DNA of 64,000 bases from Eledone cirrhosa (lineage: Eukaryota), in assembly GCA_964016885.1 (NCBI GenBank), contig OZ024756.1, positions 31,434,001 to 31,498,000 on the forward strand, given 5' to 3'. This document shows positions 45,827-58,420 of the stretch, piece after piece; the first letter of the stretch is position 1; every line of letters starts with the position of its first letter. The translations under genes and the position numbers were made by a program. Below the pieces are notes generated by a model. That model had not been told where the DNA came from and made no database searches. It saw nothing but the letters and a program-made list of their open reading frames with translations.

Positions 45827-46202
45827 TAATAGTAATAATAATTGTTTAAACTTCAGGCACATAATGACAATAATAAAACATCGTTTTAGTATCTACTTTC
45901 GTCAATCAGAATTGACTGACGACGAGACTTAGAATAGAAAAACAAGAAACACCTTAGTAACATTAAAACTAGAAAATAGACATCAAACTAGTTATTCTTT
46001 TATCTAGTGATATCCTTCCTGTACCACATGGTACCGCACTAGCAACAGATATGGGAGATCCTTCAAGTCAAAATATATAAACAGACAAATATGCCAAACC
46101 TGAAGTAAGTGGTTGTGCTTTCCACAGACACGTGAACGCTTAATGTAATTCTCAGTGACAGAGAGAGAGAGGTATGTATGTATGTGTATATATATATATA
46201 TA

Positions 46203-46642
46203 AGGCGGGTAAAATTCCCGAGATCCATGGACGAGTTCTCTCCAGCGGTCTCTGTCCCTCATTATCGCTGCCATGTCCTGCATCTCCAACAGACAAGTGT
46301 CTGTCCTTAGGGCATCAACATACGTTAACCTTCTAGTGTGTCCATGTAGCTTGAGATCGGTGTGGAAGTCGGACCTTCGTAGAGACCTGAAAATCCGCCT
46401 CTTCATTGCTGTAGTGGAGTCTGTGCTGCTGTATGGGTCTGAGACTTGGACACTGACCAAGAAACTCACTCAGATGGTGGATGGGTGCTACACGAGAATG
46501 CTGGGGATGGCTCTGAACATTAATCAGTATACACTGAGGATGAAAAACTCAGAGCTGTATGGGAGCATCCCAAAAGTCAGCTCAAAAGTGACACAGAGGA
46601 GACTGAGGTTAGCTGGACATGCTCACCGACATCCAGAGTTGA
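46203..46642. mobile_element. RTE-like LINE ORF C-terminal fragment with internal inversion, embedded in (TA)n
   Basis: Plus 46348-46641: SLRSVWKS..KIRLF..VESVLLYGSETWTL..RRLRLAGHAHRHPEL; minus 46346-46204: HGHTRRLTYVDAL..MRDRDRWRELV. Both are typical post-RT motifs of RTE-type LINE ORFs. Confidence 0.8.
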
Positions 46643-46643
46643 C

Positions 46644-46713
<70 letters not shown>

Positions 46714-46830
46714 CATAAATAACATAAATATTTACTAAACACAAGTTATAATATCTAAAGTCCGAAAACGTAAAGAAATTTTTTGAATATATATATATTA
46801 TATATATTTAAATATACATATATATAAACA

Positions 46831-46884
<54 letters not shown>

Positions 46885-47048
46885 TTGAATTACTGACACT
46901 TCAGTATGCAGGGTTGAGGACTCAACGAAGTGCGCGGGTGGATCTGTTTACACCAGAGTAACTTAAATTATCACCGAACTATATATTATCACAGTGACTA
47001 TGAATAAACGAAGTTAATTTTAACTTACACTTCTTGTTTATATATATA

Positions 47049-47090
<42 letters not shown>

Positions 47091-47103
47091 CAGTAGCAGT
47101 AGC

Positions 47104-47161
<58 letters not shown>

Positions 47162-47320
47162 TGTCCTTATACTGGACATGAATTTAAGTACTCAATGCTA
47201 TTACGTAAATTGAGTGTTCTATGGTGAAAGTGTCTATTTGCACCGGCATCAGTTTTCTAATGGTGTTATATAATGTATATATATATATTTATATATATAT
47301 GTATGTGTGTGTATATATAT

Positions 47321-47472
<152 letters not shown>

Positions 47473-47710
47473 CATTTAAATGACTTCATTATTTTGTTTA
47501 GCTGCCTCAGGAAAGGACTACACAATTAACCCCAAGAAGTTACTGCGTTAATAAAGTATTTCTATTTTCTGGCCGCCATTACTGATTGTTACGATGTTAT
47601 AAACTTTACCGTTTATACATGGTAGGGTTAATGGTGTCTATGTCTGCGTTACTAAATATATTACTGTCGCATCATACACCCGCCTTGTTAAAGTTTATAT
47701 AATATATATC

Positions 47711-47790
<80 letters not shown>

Positions 47791-47908
47791 TATATGTATG
47801 TATTATAAGCATATATGTAAATAAAAATAGATATATTCCTATATATATTATATACATATAGATATATGTGTGTGTGCACATATGTGTATAAACTTATATA
47901 TATATATA

Positions 47909-47985
<77 letters not shown>

Positions 47986-48145
47986 ACATACATGCATATG
48001 TACATATATTTATACGTACATACAAACATTCATATATACATAGAAATATACGTACATACGTATGTATATATCTATACATAAGCACAACCATGCTACGTTT
48101 GGGTAGATATATTTATAATCATATATATGTGCATGAATATATATG

Positions 48146-48236
<91 letters not shown>

Positions 48237-49075
48237 ATACTTTGGGAGGGTCATGTTGCCAATATATATACATACAAACAAGACCGATGCTGTCTGTGTT
48301 GCTAAATATATTATTTCATGAACGTAGAAAGAAACAAGCAAACAAACAATCAAACAAACAAAAGAAAACAAAAAACTGTTTATAAAAAACCAGGGGTTGA
48401 AGGAAGACAATCTATACGGAACTGAACAACGAAGGCAATTAGTGTAATGTAGTTTTGGGATTTTTTTTGTTAAATTTTACAGTACTGTTTGTTTTAGATT
48501 ATCTTTCTGTATGTATCTATGTATATATGTGTATATGTATTTATGTATGAATGCATATATAGATATACACACACAAATATACATATACATGTATGTATAT
48601 ATTATATATTATATATTATATATTATATATTATATATTATATATTATATATATATTTATGTACATAATGAACTCAGTTGAATAATAGATAGTGTTTAAAT
48701 ATTTATTTTCTCTGCTGAGACTATTATCTATTAACTCTCTGAGAAAGAACAGAAAGTTGTTCCTTCCTGTTGTTCGAGCTGATCTATGGTCAAACCCTTC
48801 CAGTTATGACCATTACTGTTATCTAGAACTACATCTTGGGTTTTATGTCGATGAAGGTCATAATTTTTAAGTGGGATTTTACTGCTATTTTTAGCACGTC
48901 AAAATTACCAAGTAGTGGTAATTTATAACAAACCGTACCATCCTGTTTTGGGGAGTATTTAGGAACGAAGCGTTGTGAACAATCAGTATGGAAGTTTTGC
49001 CCGTGTGAGTGGGCCAGTAATTCAACAATCAAACCTTGTACTGGAATACTCAGACTCAGCCATGTAAGAGATAAT

Positions 49076-49489
49076 TTAACAAGTAAGTAGTTCAGATGAT
49101 GAAACAACAAAATGTTCATCGTTGAAAGAGACTGTGGGTCCATTATTGATACAACTGGAACATTCGCTCTGCTGGCCAGCCGCAGGTGTGAGCGTCGCGA
49201 GTTGGAATGACTCTTCCAGCACATTACCCTTACCATCCTCCGCGGAAACGCCTTCTCCATTCTGTCCGCCGGGGCTGTGGGGAGGCCAGCACATGGGACC
49301 CTATTTGCTCACCATACAGAGAGTTGGGAAGGGCGAGAGAGATGGAGGCGATGACAGTGGGAGTTCGGCTCTTCTGTGTTCGGACCTGGTGTACATGGGA
49401 GATGGAGTGGACGAGAGAGATGGAGGTGATGACAGTGGGATTTCGACTGTTCCACGTTCGGACAATCTTCCTGTGGTTGTGTTCATTAT
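49076..49489 (-). other. GC-rich island: 138-codon frame broken by a single TAG; candidate exon or pseudogene fragment
   Basis: ORFs 49301..49486 and 49076..49294 are in the same frame; internal 78-bp duplication (PLSSPPSLS twice); preceded by tattatag. Confidence 0.3.
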
Positions 49490-49876
49490 CTATAATATTT
49501 AAATATCTTCACTAGCACATTCCTCATGGTAACCGACGGAGGACCATTCTATTCTATTATATTCTGCCCTTTACACTGTGGACATATCGTCGCTGAAAAA
49601 TGGCGTCGATAGCAATCTACATTTAACTCTAGACAATTATTTTTAAGAAAATGAACAAAATACAATAAAAGAACTACAAATAAATAAATAAATAAAGAAA
49701 GAAAGAAAGAAAGCGAGAAAGAAAGACAGAAAGAAGGAGAGAAAGAAAGAGAGAAAGAAAGAAAGAAGGAAAGAATAAACAACAACATCGTATATGACTT
49801 TATATGATTGAATAAATTGTCCATTGTATAAAGATAATAATATATTTACGCTATGATAATTATGAGAAATGTGATG

Positions 49877-49922
<46 letters not shown>

Positions 49923-49953
49923 TGTGTGTATGTATATATATAAATATATATAA

Positions 49954-50002
<49 letters not shown>

Positions 50003-50207
50003 CATAAATAAATAAATATATATAAATATACATGTGTGTGTGAGTAGTTCTATACATACATATACGTAAACATATATATGTATATATATATATATTTATA
50101 TATATATATATGCACACCGAAACTGCATTCCTTAACTTGGCTGCAACCGAAAGCTTCGTTGATGGTGTGCTAAAATTTGTACATACATACATACATACAT
50201 ACATACA

Positions 50208-50243
<36 letters not shown>

Positions 50244-50314
50244 TATGCACATATACGTATACATATATGAATTTATTTATACATATATGCATATATATAT
50301 GTGTGTGTGTGTGC

Positions 50315-50346
<32 letters not shown>

Positions 50347-50349
50347 ATG

Positions 50350-50396
<47 letters not shown>

Positions 50397-50818
50397 TATG
50401 CACACAATCACATCACAACAAAAAACATCAACAACAACAATACAACAAAATTAATTCAACAGTTATCAAGAAATGGCCATTGATTAACTTTTTCGCAATA
50501 AATTATAATTCAATTGGCTTAACTTTCATTATTTAAAAACATTAATCTACTATTTTACTATTACCAGACAAACAAACAAACATACAAACAAACAAAAAGA
50601 CAAATACATAAAAATGCAAAGAAAAATCAAAAAGCCATACCAATGACATCATATCACATCACATCATAACAACAACAACAAGTTATAAATACATAACAAA
50701 ATATCTAAATAGATAAGGAGAAGATATCATAAGGATAAAAATGTTTTTTTATTGTTTATTTATAAAAAAAAGAATATATCTATATATATTTTTATATTTT
50801 TTTTTATATATATATATA

Positions 50819-50919
<101 letters not shown>

Positions 50920-51058
50920 ATCGATTGCAACACAACAACTAAAACAGCAAATAAATATACTACAGCGTTAAACAAACACACACACACACACACACACATA
51001 TACATATATATATATAATTATGTATATGTAAATGTATATATCTATATATATCTATATG

Positions 51059-51141
<83 letters not shown>

Positions 51142-51190
51142 GGTGAAATATGTACAATTATATATATAAACATATATATGTATATGTATG

Positions 51191-51228
<38 letters not shown>

Positions 51229-51829
51229 TATGCCTTTGTGGGTGTGGGTGTATATATATATATATTAAACCGCTATATATATATATATATATATATATTA
51301 AGCGGCTATATATATATGTTATATATATTTATACATAGTAAAACAATATAGCTACTAAAACTAACTAAAACTAATATAATATATATAACATTAGTTTTAA
51401 TTTAAAACTAAGCATCAAAAGAAAAAACCAAAAAAATCATTCTTGACTTACTTTTATTATCTCGTAGATTTTCCTATGAAAAGATCAAAGGATTAATTGA
51501 ATACGAAGATTAGGATTATTATGATAAATAACAAACAAACATTTTAAACAAACACGCACGGAAAAATGTAAATTTTTCGAAGACTTTGATTTATCTCCAA
51601 AATATGACAGCAAACGTTACGGTATGTACGTTATGTACATTGGTAGTAGACATTAGAAAAAGTGTGTTGTTATATTTGTGGTGTGTTTGTCGTGTGTTTG
51701 TCGTGTGTTTGTGTTGTAAGTTGTATTAGAAGGACAAAGAGGAAAATCGAGGGACAAAAAAAACAACAAAAACACAAACAAACAGAGAAAGCGGCTTAAC
51801 GTAATGTATATATATATATGTATATATAA

Positions 51830-51894
<65 letters not shown>

Positions 51895-51925
51895 TATATA
51901 TAGATATATATATATATATATATAT

Positions 51926-51976
<51 letters not shown>

Positions 51977-52046
51977 TATTATAGATATTATATATGTATA
52001 TGTATATATATATATATGTGTGTGTGAATATATATATATATATGTT

Positions 52047-52096
<50 letters not shown>

Positions 52097-52115
52097 CATA
52101 TATATATGCTCTATT

Positions 52116-52146
<31 letters not shown>

Positions 52147-52575
52147 TCATATATATGGGTGTATATATATATTCATATATATGCATGTATATATAAATAT
52201 ATATGGGGGGGGGAGGGGGGTGTACATATATATAAATATTAATTCCGCTCCATGTTTTCTCGATGTTGTCCAAGGAGGTGGAGACAACCGGCTTAAGCAA
52301 ACTTTCGCAGTGAGTTAGAAGAAAAACAAAGCTAGACATGCAGTATGATGGGATTTCAGTCATATTATACTATGATTTGTGAAACACCGTGTGAGAGTGT
52401 ATTGAGTACATTGGGAATGAAAAGCCAAAACATGAAATAATGCTCGTTACACTATATCCACATACAAAAGTGATCAAACAACCGCATACAGCAAAGTTTC
52501 TGAAACAGTTTTCGATTACTGCCCACTTTTTAAGGAAATTCTTTTCATCAGTGCCTCCTCCTATTTAAAATTTAT

Positions 52576-52642
52576 TTAACCCTTTAGCATTTAAACCGGC
52601 TGTATCCGGCCAGAATTCTCTCACCTCTTTCTGTTCAAACTG
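52576..52642 (+). mobile_element. possible piggyBac-like element end (TTAA-CCCTT)
   Basis: ttaaccctttagcatttaaaccggc; no convincing opposite terminus seen. Confidence 0.3.
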
Positions 52643-52885
52643 GTGGTAACTTGCCGCTCATACTGATGTTAAGTTATTGTTCTCAAAATAATTAATATCA
52701 AAATCTGGTGGTGGTGGTGGTGATGGTGGTGGTGGTGGTTTGGGAGGTGAAAGTGGTGGTGGTGGTCGTGGTGGTAGAATTGGTGTGTGGGGGGGGGTGA
52801 TGAGGGGGGAAGTGGAGGTGGTAGTGAACAGGGTGACATTAAATCTATCATCCAATACATTAGCTGGAAGCTAAAAAAATACTAA

Positions 52886-53055
52886 CCGTATTTCCTGGCG
52901 CCGCAGACGCTTCGCCCTCGAGGATGTACTCTAATTTTGACAACCAAAAATTTTTTTTTTAAATAATAAACAACCTTCGGCCTCCAGGACGCATGGTAGA
53001 TTTTTGAGACTTATTTTAGGGAAAAAAGTAGCGTCTTCGGCGCCGGGAAATACCG
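52886..53055. mobile_element. 170-bp MITE, Tc1/mariner superfamily (Tc2/pogo-like termini)
   Basis: ~26-bp imperfect TIRs ccgtatttcctggcgccgcagacgct / agcgtcttcggcgccgggaaataccg, TA on the right flank. Confidence 0.75.
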
Positions 53056-54642
53056 TAGTTAGTTTTGCTGCTTAGTGAGGGGGGCGCTCAGTCATGTAAG
53101 GAATGGCAGTCTCCTGGGCCCTTTTCAAGGATCCCAAAACTGATAGGAGGGATAGGGGGATGAGAACTGATGGGCAGGATGGAGGAGGCAATAGAGGGAA
53201 GGGGTGAATAGGGGGAGGGGGAATAGGAGAAAGGTATCCTCAAATCGAAGACATGGCTATAATGTTCTGGAAAAGTGCACCACCATATTGATGGTATTAA
53301 ACCGGTTAACGGATTAAATCTTCGAAAGGATCGAGGAAAATAAGTAGCAGACGTAGTAGTGTGGTCAATATAACCGATAATTGATAATCGATAATCGACT
53401 AAACTCTTTTGAAAGCGCCGCCTTAGTCCCACCTCTGAAGTTCTAAATTTGGAACCAGTAAAAAAAATATAAAATATGTAAAATTTTCAGAAAAATATCT
53501 GGAGAGTATAAGAAGCATATTAATCTTACACATGATTACACATACACATACATGTACATACATACACACATATACACATATACACACACATACACACACA
53601 CACACACATACACATACATACACATATATACACATATACACACATATATACACATATACACACACACATATACACATACATACACATACATACACATATA
53701 TACACATATACGCATACACACATATATACACATATACATACATATACATACACATACACACATACATGTACACTACAAACAACACAAAGTCCACACAACT
53801 CATACTTATACACACATGCACTCACACACATACACATACATACACCCACAGACACACACATCAATATACCCATGTATATATACATACACACGCATTCAAA
53901 TGCGAACACACACACACACGCACACACAAACACATACAAACATAGGAACACATGTACACATACATATATACATACTCACACATACAGGTACTAACACACA
54001 CACACTGTCACACAAAGACACATGCACATACTCACACATACAGATAGGAACACACACACACAGACACTGACACACAAAGACACACACATATAAACACATA
54101 TACACACACATACACTGACACACAAAGACATACACACATATGATCGCATGTAAACATACACACAAAGTCACACACATATGATCACATGTACACACACACA
54201 CTGACACACAAAGACATACACACACACACGCACACACACACACTCACACGCACACACGCACACACATACACACACACACATCAATGAAGTTGTCGGTCTT
54301 TTATTTTTGGTTTTCTTTCTTTACTTGTATTTCCTTTATTTTCATTTTTATTTTATTTTATTTTATTTTATTTTTTGATAAAGAACAAAGCGTTTCTAGA
54401 AAAATCCTGAAAATTGAAATTAAAGACGAAATACTACGGGGAGGGTGGGAAAAAACACATTTTAAACTTCGAGAAAAATATGCAGGGCCAACGAAGACCT
54501 CGTCAATCACATTAGATTAATTTCTTCGGTTTACATAATCAGGATTTGGTGTAAATACATGAAACACACCAATCGCAAAATTAACTGGCAAATTTTCTCT
54601 CTGTTGTTTATCAGTTTGTTGGTTAAACATGATATTATTTAC

Positions 54643-54704
<62 letters not shown>

Positions 54705-54965
54705 TTTCTTTATTAACCACAAGGGTTTACATAAAGTAGACATTAAGGACAGTGCAGGACAATGCAGGACGGTACAAATGGGCATTTCTGCGTGTAAAAA
54801 AAACAAAAACAGAGGATGTAACAAAAATAACAATGAAAATAACAATGAAAAATTCCCCAATAGGGGGGAGACTTCGGAGGGACATTTGTGGAGAAAGCCC
54901 AGTAAAAAGCCACAATGACCCTGACCACCAAGGCAAGTGCCCTCTCCCAGTTTTCCACCTTTAGT

Positions 54966-57900
54966 TTACAGATATATACTCAGAGTCGGCCCATTCACTC
55001 GGGCCATTCTTGCTTCTCTCACCCATCTTTCAACAAAATGCTGGGAAGAGAGCACTTCCTTCTCTACTCTGATTTTCCTTTTCAAATGAAATTTGAAAAA
55101 GTCAATCAGAGCATCACCGAAGAGGTAAGTGCTCGTCTTCAGCCCTTTCAAACGTGTCCACCATACTATCTCTTTCGCCATGGCCACCAGACAGATAAAA
55201 ACTGCCTGCCCTTCCCGGCTAAAGGAGGAGGGCGGGGCAATCCTCACGATAGACTCAGATGATAGCTGGATCCGTCCTAAACGCGACAGCAGGTGTTCGA
55301 CATAAACCCACAAGTCAGCAATTTTCGGACACTGGACGAGTGCGTGCAGGACGGTTTCGTCGCCCTGCGCGCATCTCGGACATGCCCGGCTGACGGCACC
55401 TCCATGCCTGTAGAGTTTATCCCGAACTGGCAAGGCTCCTCGGTAGCACTGCCAGGCCAGAGATTTCTGGAAGTTGTCCATAGGCCCCGGCCCGAAAGTT
55501 CTTCCGAAGAGATTGGCTAGTTGATTTTCGTCGACGCCTAGAGTTTCCCCAAGTACGTCGTCGCTCTTCCCCTCCACTAATCCTCTATAGAACGCCGAGG
55601 TGGAGTTTCCACCGATCACATTGCCCGATTGGTCGAGGGCTGTGAGCGCCTGAAGACATTCCAGTCTCCAGGCGCTCCCTCTCGGTCTTCGCTTGACCCA
55701 GGACTGCAGCTCCGTCAAGGAAACGAGCTGGGGAAAAACGCGTCTAGCAAACGGCGACCACACCTGATCACCGTCGAGGAAGAGGTGGAGATGTCGTAGC
55801 CTGAGCGCGTGCCTGCGCATCATCAGCCACGGCATGCCCAGCCCTCCACGTAGCGGGTGTTGACAACAGATGGACCGCCTGACCATCGGAGCACGTCCCT
55901 TCCACAAAAAGCGAAAGAGCAAACGCTCCAGCGCAGTCAGGCGAGGCTTAGGACAAGGTACGACGGTTAGGCGGTAGCAGATGACAGACGCGATGTACGC
56001 GTTAGCCACCTCCGCTCGACCTTTCAGGGATAGCTTCCTCTCCGCCCATTTCTGGGTGAGAGAAGCCACCCTGCTCGTCACCTCGTCCCAGTTTTTGTCC
56101 GTCTGGAGGTCCGGACCGAACCAGACCCCTAGCAATTTAACCGGTCCGTCCGTCCAGCGCCCGACGACGCTGTTGGACGGCATGGACCTGCCTCTCCAGG
56201 TGCCGAGCTGCAGGCCCACTGACTTTTCCTGGTTGATCATTGCTCCTGTCACCGCTTCGTATTCTCTTAGTGTAGTGCCGATCGCCTCGATGTGTTTGGC
56301 GTTCGACACCACTACGGTGACATCGTCCGCATATGCTGACACGGATCTTCCGCATCCTAGTTCGCGCGGGACTCCCCTCAACGTCTCCAGTTTGTGCAGT
56401 AATGGCTCGAGAGTCAATACGTACAAGAGGGACGAGAGGGGACATCCTTGGCGGACCGAGCGCATGATGTTGAACGGTTCCGACAGGTGACCGTTCACTC
56501 TCACCACAGAGCAGATGTCGCTGTGCATGGCAGCGATCCAGCCTCTGAAGACGGGCCCAAAGCCAGCCGCCCTCAGGACTGCCGCTAGGTAACGATGGTC
56601 GACCCTATCGAAAGCTTTCGACTGATCTAAATTGATCAAGGACCCACCCGTGCCAGGTTCCCTAGCTACCCTCTCTACGATGTATCGCATGAGGTGGAGG
56701 TTGTCGTGGATGGATCTGTCGGGAATGGCGCATGTCTGCGCCTCTCCCACCAGACCACCAACGACAAGCGCCAACCTCTTTGCTAGCACCTTGGCCAAAA
56801 TCTTAAACTCTGTGTTTAGCAGAGTTATGGGCCGGAAATTGTCTATGTTATCCCCCTTGTTCGGATCCTTTCTCAGCAGTGCCACCGCTCCTCGGCTCAC
56901 AGAACTGGGAATTCTCCCGTTCTGTTGCCAGTTGCAGTAGACGTCCGCTAAGAGGCCTCCGAACAAGTCTGGCATCTGTACGTAAAGTTCATAGGGCAGA
57001 CCATCCAAACCAGGCGATTTACCCCTTGTGCAGCCAGTCATTGCCTCCCTTACTTCAGCGGCTGTTATCGGCTTTTCGCAACACTTCGCCTCAGTGGCCG
57101 AGAGCCGCGGCAGTCCGTCGAGGTAGACACTAAAGTCCATCCCTCTACCCGGCCCCCCGCTGCCCCCGAACAGCTGAGCGAAGTGTCGCTGAAAAGCTTC
57201 ACACATTTGCCCGGGATCGAGTAGCATGCGCCCGTCGTGGTCCACCAAAGACCGGATCGTGGCTTTGTTGCCACGACGCGCCTCCGCCACTCGGGCCCAT
57301 TGAACGGCTTTCGTCCCCTCGTGTCTGAGAGCACGCACCCTAGCTCTGACAACGCAGCCTTCGTGCTTTGCATTGAAGAATTGGTCAAGGGCCAATTTCG
57401 CCGCAAGCACGTCGGTCGCAATGCCTTTGCTAAGCGCCTCGTCTAATTTTCTAACTAGTTCTCCCTCTGCTCTATTTTTCTCTATTGCTAAAGCCTTACT
57501 AAACCTAATCGATTCTATTCTAATCGCTCTTTTCAGAGCAAACCACCACTTGTTGTTGACGATGGCCCCCGTCAACGCCCGCTTAACTAGTTCGCTAATC
57601 CGGTCTCTGTAGGCCTTGCGCGCTGGTAAGGACGCGTTTAGCTTCCAGTAGCCGGGTCCTCGTCTATGAAGCCTATCTAAGTCAAGCACACAGATCACGA
57701 ATTTGTGGTCCGTGTAGCTGACTATCTTGAATTGTGGACAGCCTATGCTAGACCTATCTATTTCCCTACAAAATACTCTATCTAGATATGATCTGGATGA
57801 CCCTATGCGGTTTGTCCAAGTCCACATTGGCACATTCGGGAAATCCAATCGGTACCTGTCAGACAGTTCAAAACGCCTGAGCAGGTTGGTGAGGCTCTTG

Positions 57901-58385
57901 CACCCTCCACCCCTATCCGCTAATCCCACACAGTCCCAGCGTGCATCTAAGATCCCGTTCCAGTCGCCCACTAACACTAAAGAGCGCGACGTTCCAAGAA
58001 AGGTCTCCAGACGCCGGAAGAAATCAGGCCGCCCTGCTCCTGTCGGGGCATAGACGGCCACTAGCCTGAAAGCTTGCCCGTCTCCGCTGGTCACGTCCAG
58101 CACCACCAGCTTACCCTCTGGGTCCAGGAAGATGGCCCGTATGGCGAGATCCAAACCTCTCCGAAAAAGCACAGCAACTCCTCCACCCGATCCAGGACGG
58201 CTGGGAGATGCGTACACATCGTAGCCGCCGAAGATCGGTGCGAAGGCCCGTGCTTCGGAGATTCTGGTCTCGCTGATGGCCACTACATCTATGTTTAGTG
58301 ACCTGAGGTCGTTGAGCAGGTGACCCTGCTTCCATGACGACCCCAAGCCACGCGCATTTATGCTGCCTATTCTGAGTGAGGTCAT
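54966..58385 (-). CDS. ORF2: APE endonuclease, reverse transcriptase and C-terminal Cys/His zinc motif (1139 aa)
   Basis: EN motifs SINARGL, SETR, VYAP, GDWN, YLDRV, TDH; RT motifs KSPGLDG, FRPITLLN, DQSKAFDRV, RQGCPLS, YADD; CPRC-x8-H-x4-C; no stops. Confidence 0.95.
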   Translation of the reverse strand: MTSLRIGSINARGLGSSWKQGHLLNDLRSLNIDVVAISETRISEARAFAPIFGGYDVYASPSRPGSGGGVAVLFRRGLDLAIRAIFLDPEGKLVVLDVTSGDGQAFRLVAVYAPTGAGRPDFFRRLETFLGTSRSLVLVGDWNGILDARWDCVGLADRGGGCKSLTNLLRRFELSDRYRLDFPNVPMWTWTNRIGSSRSYLDRVFCREIDRSSIGCPQFKIVSYTDHKFVICVLDLDRLHRRGPGYWKLNASLPARKAYRDRISELVKRALTGAIVNNKWWFALKRAIRIESIRFSKALAIEKNRAEGELVRKLDEALSKGIATDVLAAKLALDQFFNAKHEGCVVRARVRALRHEGTKAVQWARVAEARRGNKATIRSLVDHDGRMLLDPGQMCEAFQRHFAQLFGGSGGPGRGMDFSVYLDGLPRLSATEAKCCEKPITAAEVREAMTGCTRGKSPGLDGLPYELYVQMPDLFGGLLADVYCNWQQNGRIPSSVSRGAVALLRKDPNKGDNIDNFRPITLLNTEFKILAKVLAKRLALVVGGLVGEAQTCAIPDRSIHDNLHLMRYIVERVAREPGTGGSLINLDQSKAFDRVDHRYLAAVLRAAGFGPVFRGWIAAMHSDICSVVRVNGHLSEPFNIMRSVRQGCPLSSLLYVLTLEPLLHKLETLRGVPRELGCGRSVSAYADDVTVVVSNAKHIEAIGTTLREYEAVTGAMINQEKSVGLQLGTWRGRSMPSNSVVGRWTDGPVKLLGVWFGPDLQTDKNWDEVTSRVASLTQKWAERKLSLKGRAEVANAYIASVICYRLTVVPCPKPRLTALERLLFRFLWKGRAPMVRRSICCQHPLRGGLGMPWLMMRRHALRLRHLHLFLDGDQVWSPFARRVFPQLVSLTELQSWVKRRPRGSAWRLECLQALTALDQSGNVIGGNSTSAFYRGLVEGKSDDVLGETLGVDENQLANLFGRTFGPGPMDNFQKSLAWQCYRGALPVRDKLYRHGGAVSRACPRCAQGDETVLHALVQCPKIADLWVYVEHLLSRLGRIQLSSESIVRIAPPSSFSREGQAVFICLVAMAKEIVWWTRLKGLKTSTYLFGDALIDFFKFHLKRKIRVEKEVLSSQHFVERWVREARMARVNGPTLSIYL

Positions 58386-58420
58386 GTTTAAAATAGAGTG
58401 GAAAAGATGGGAAAGACCAC

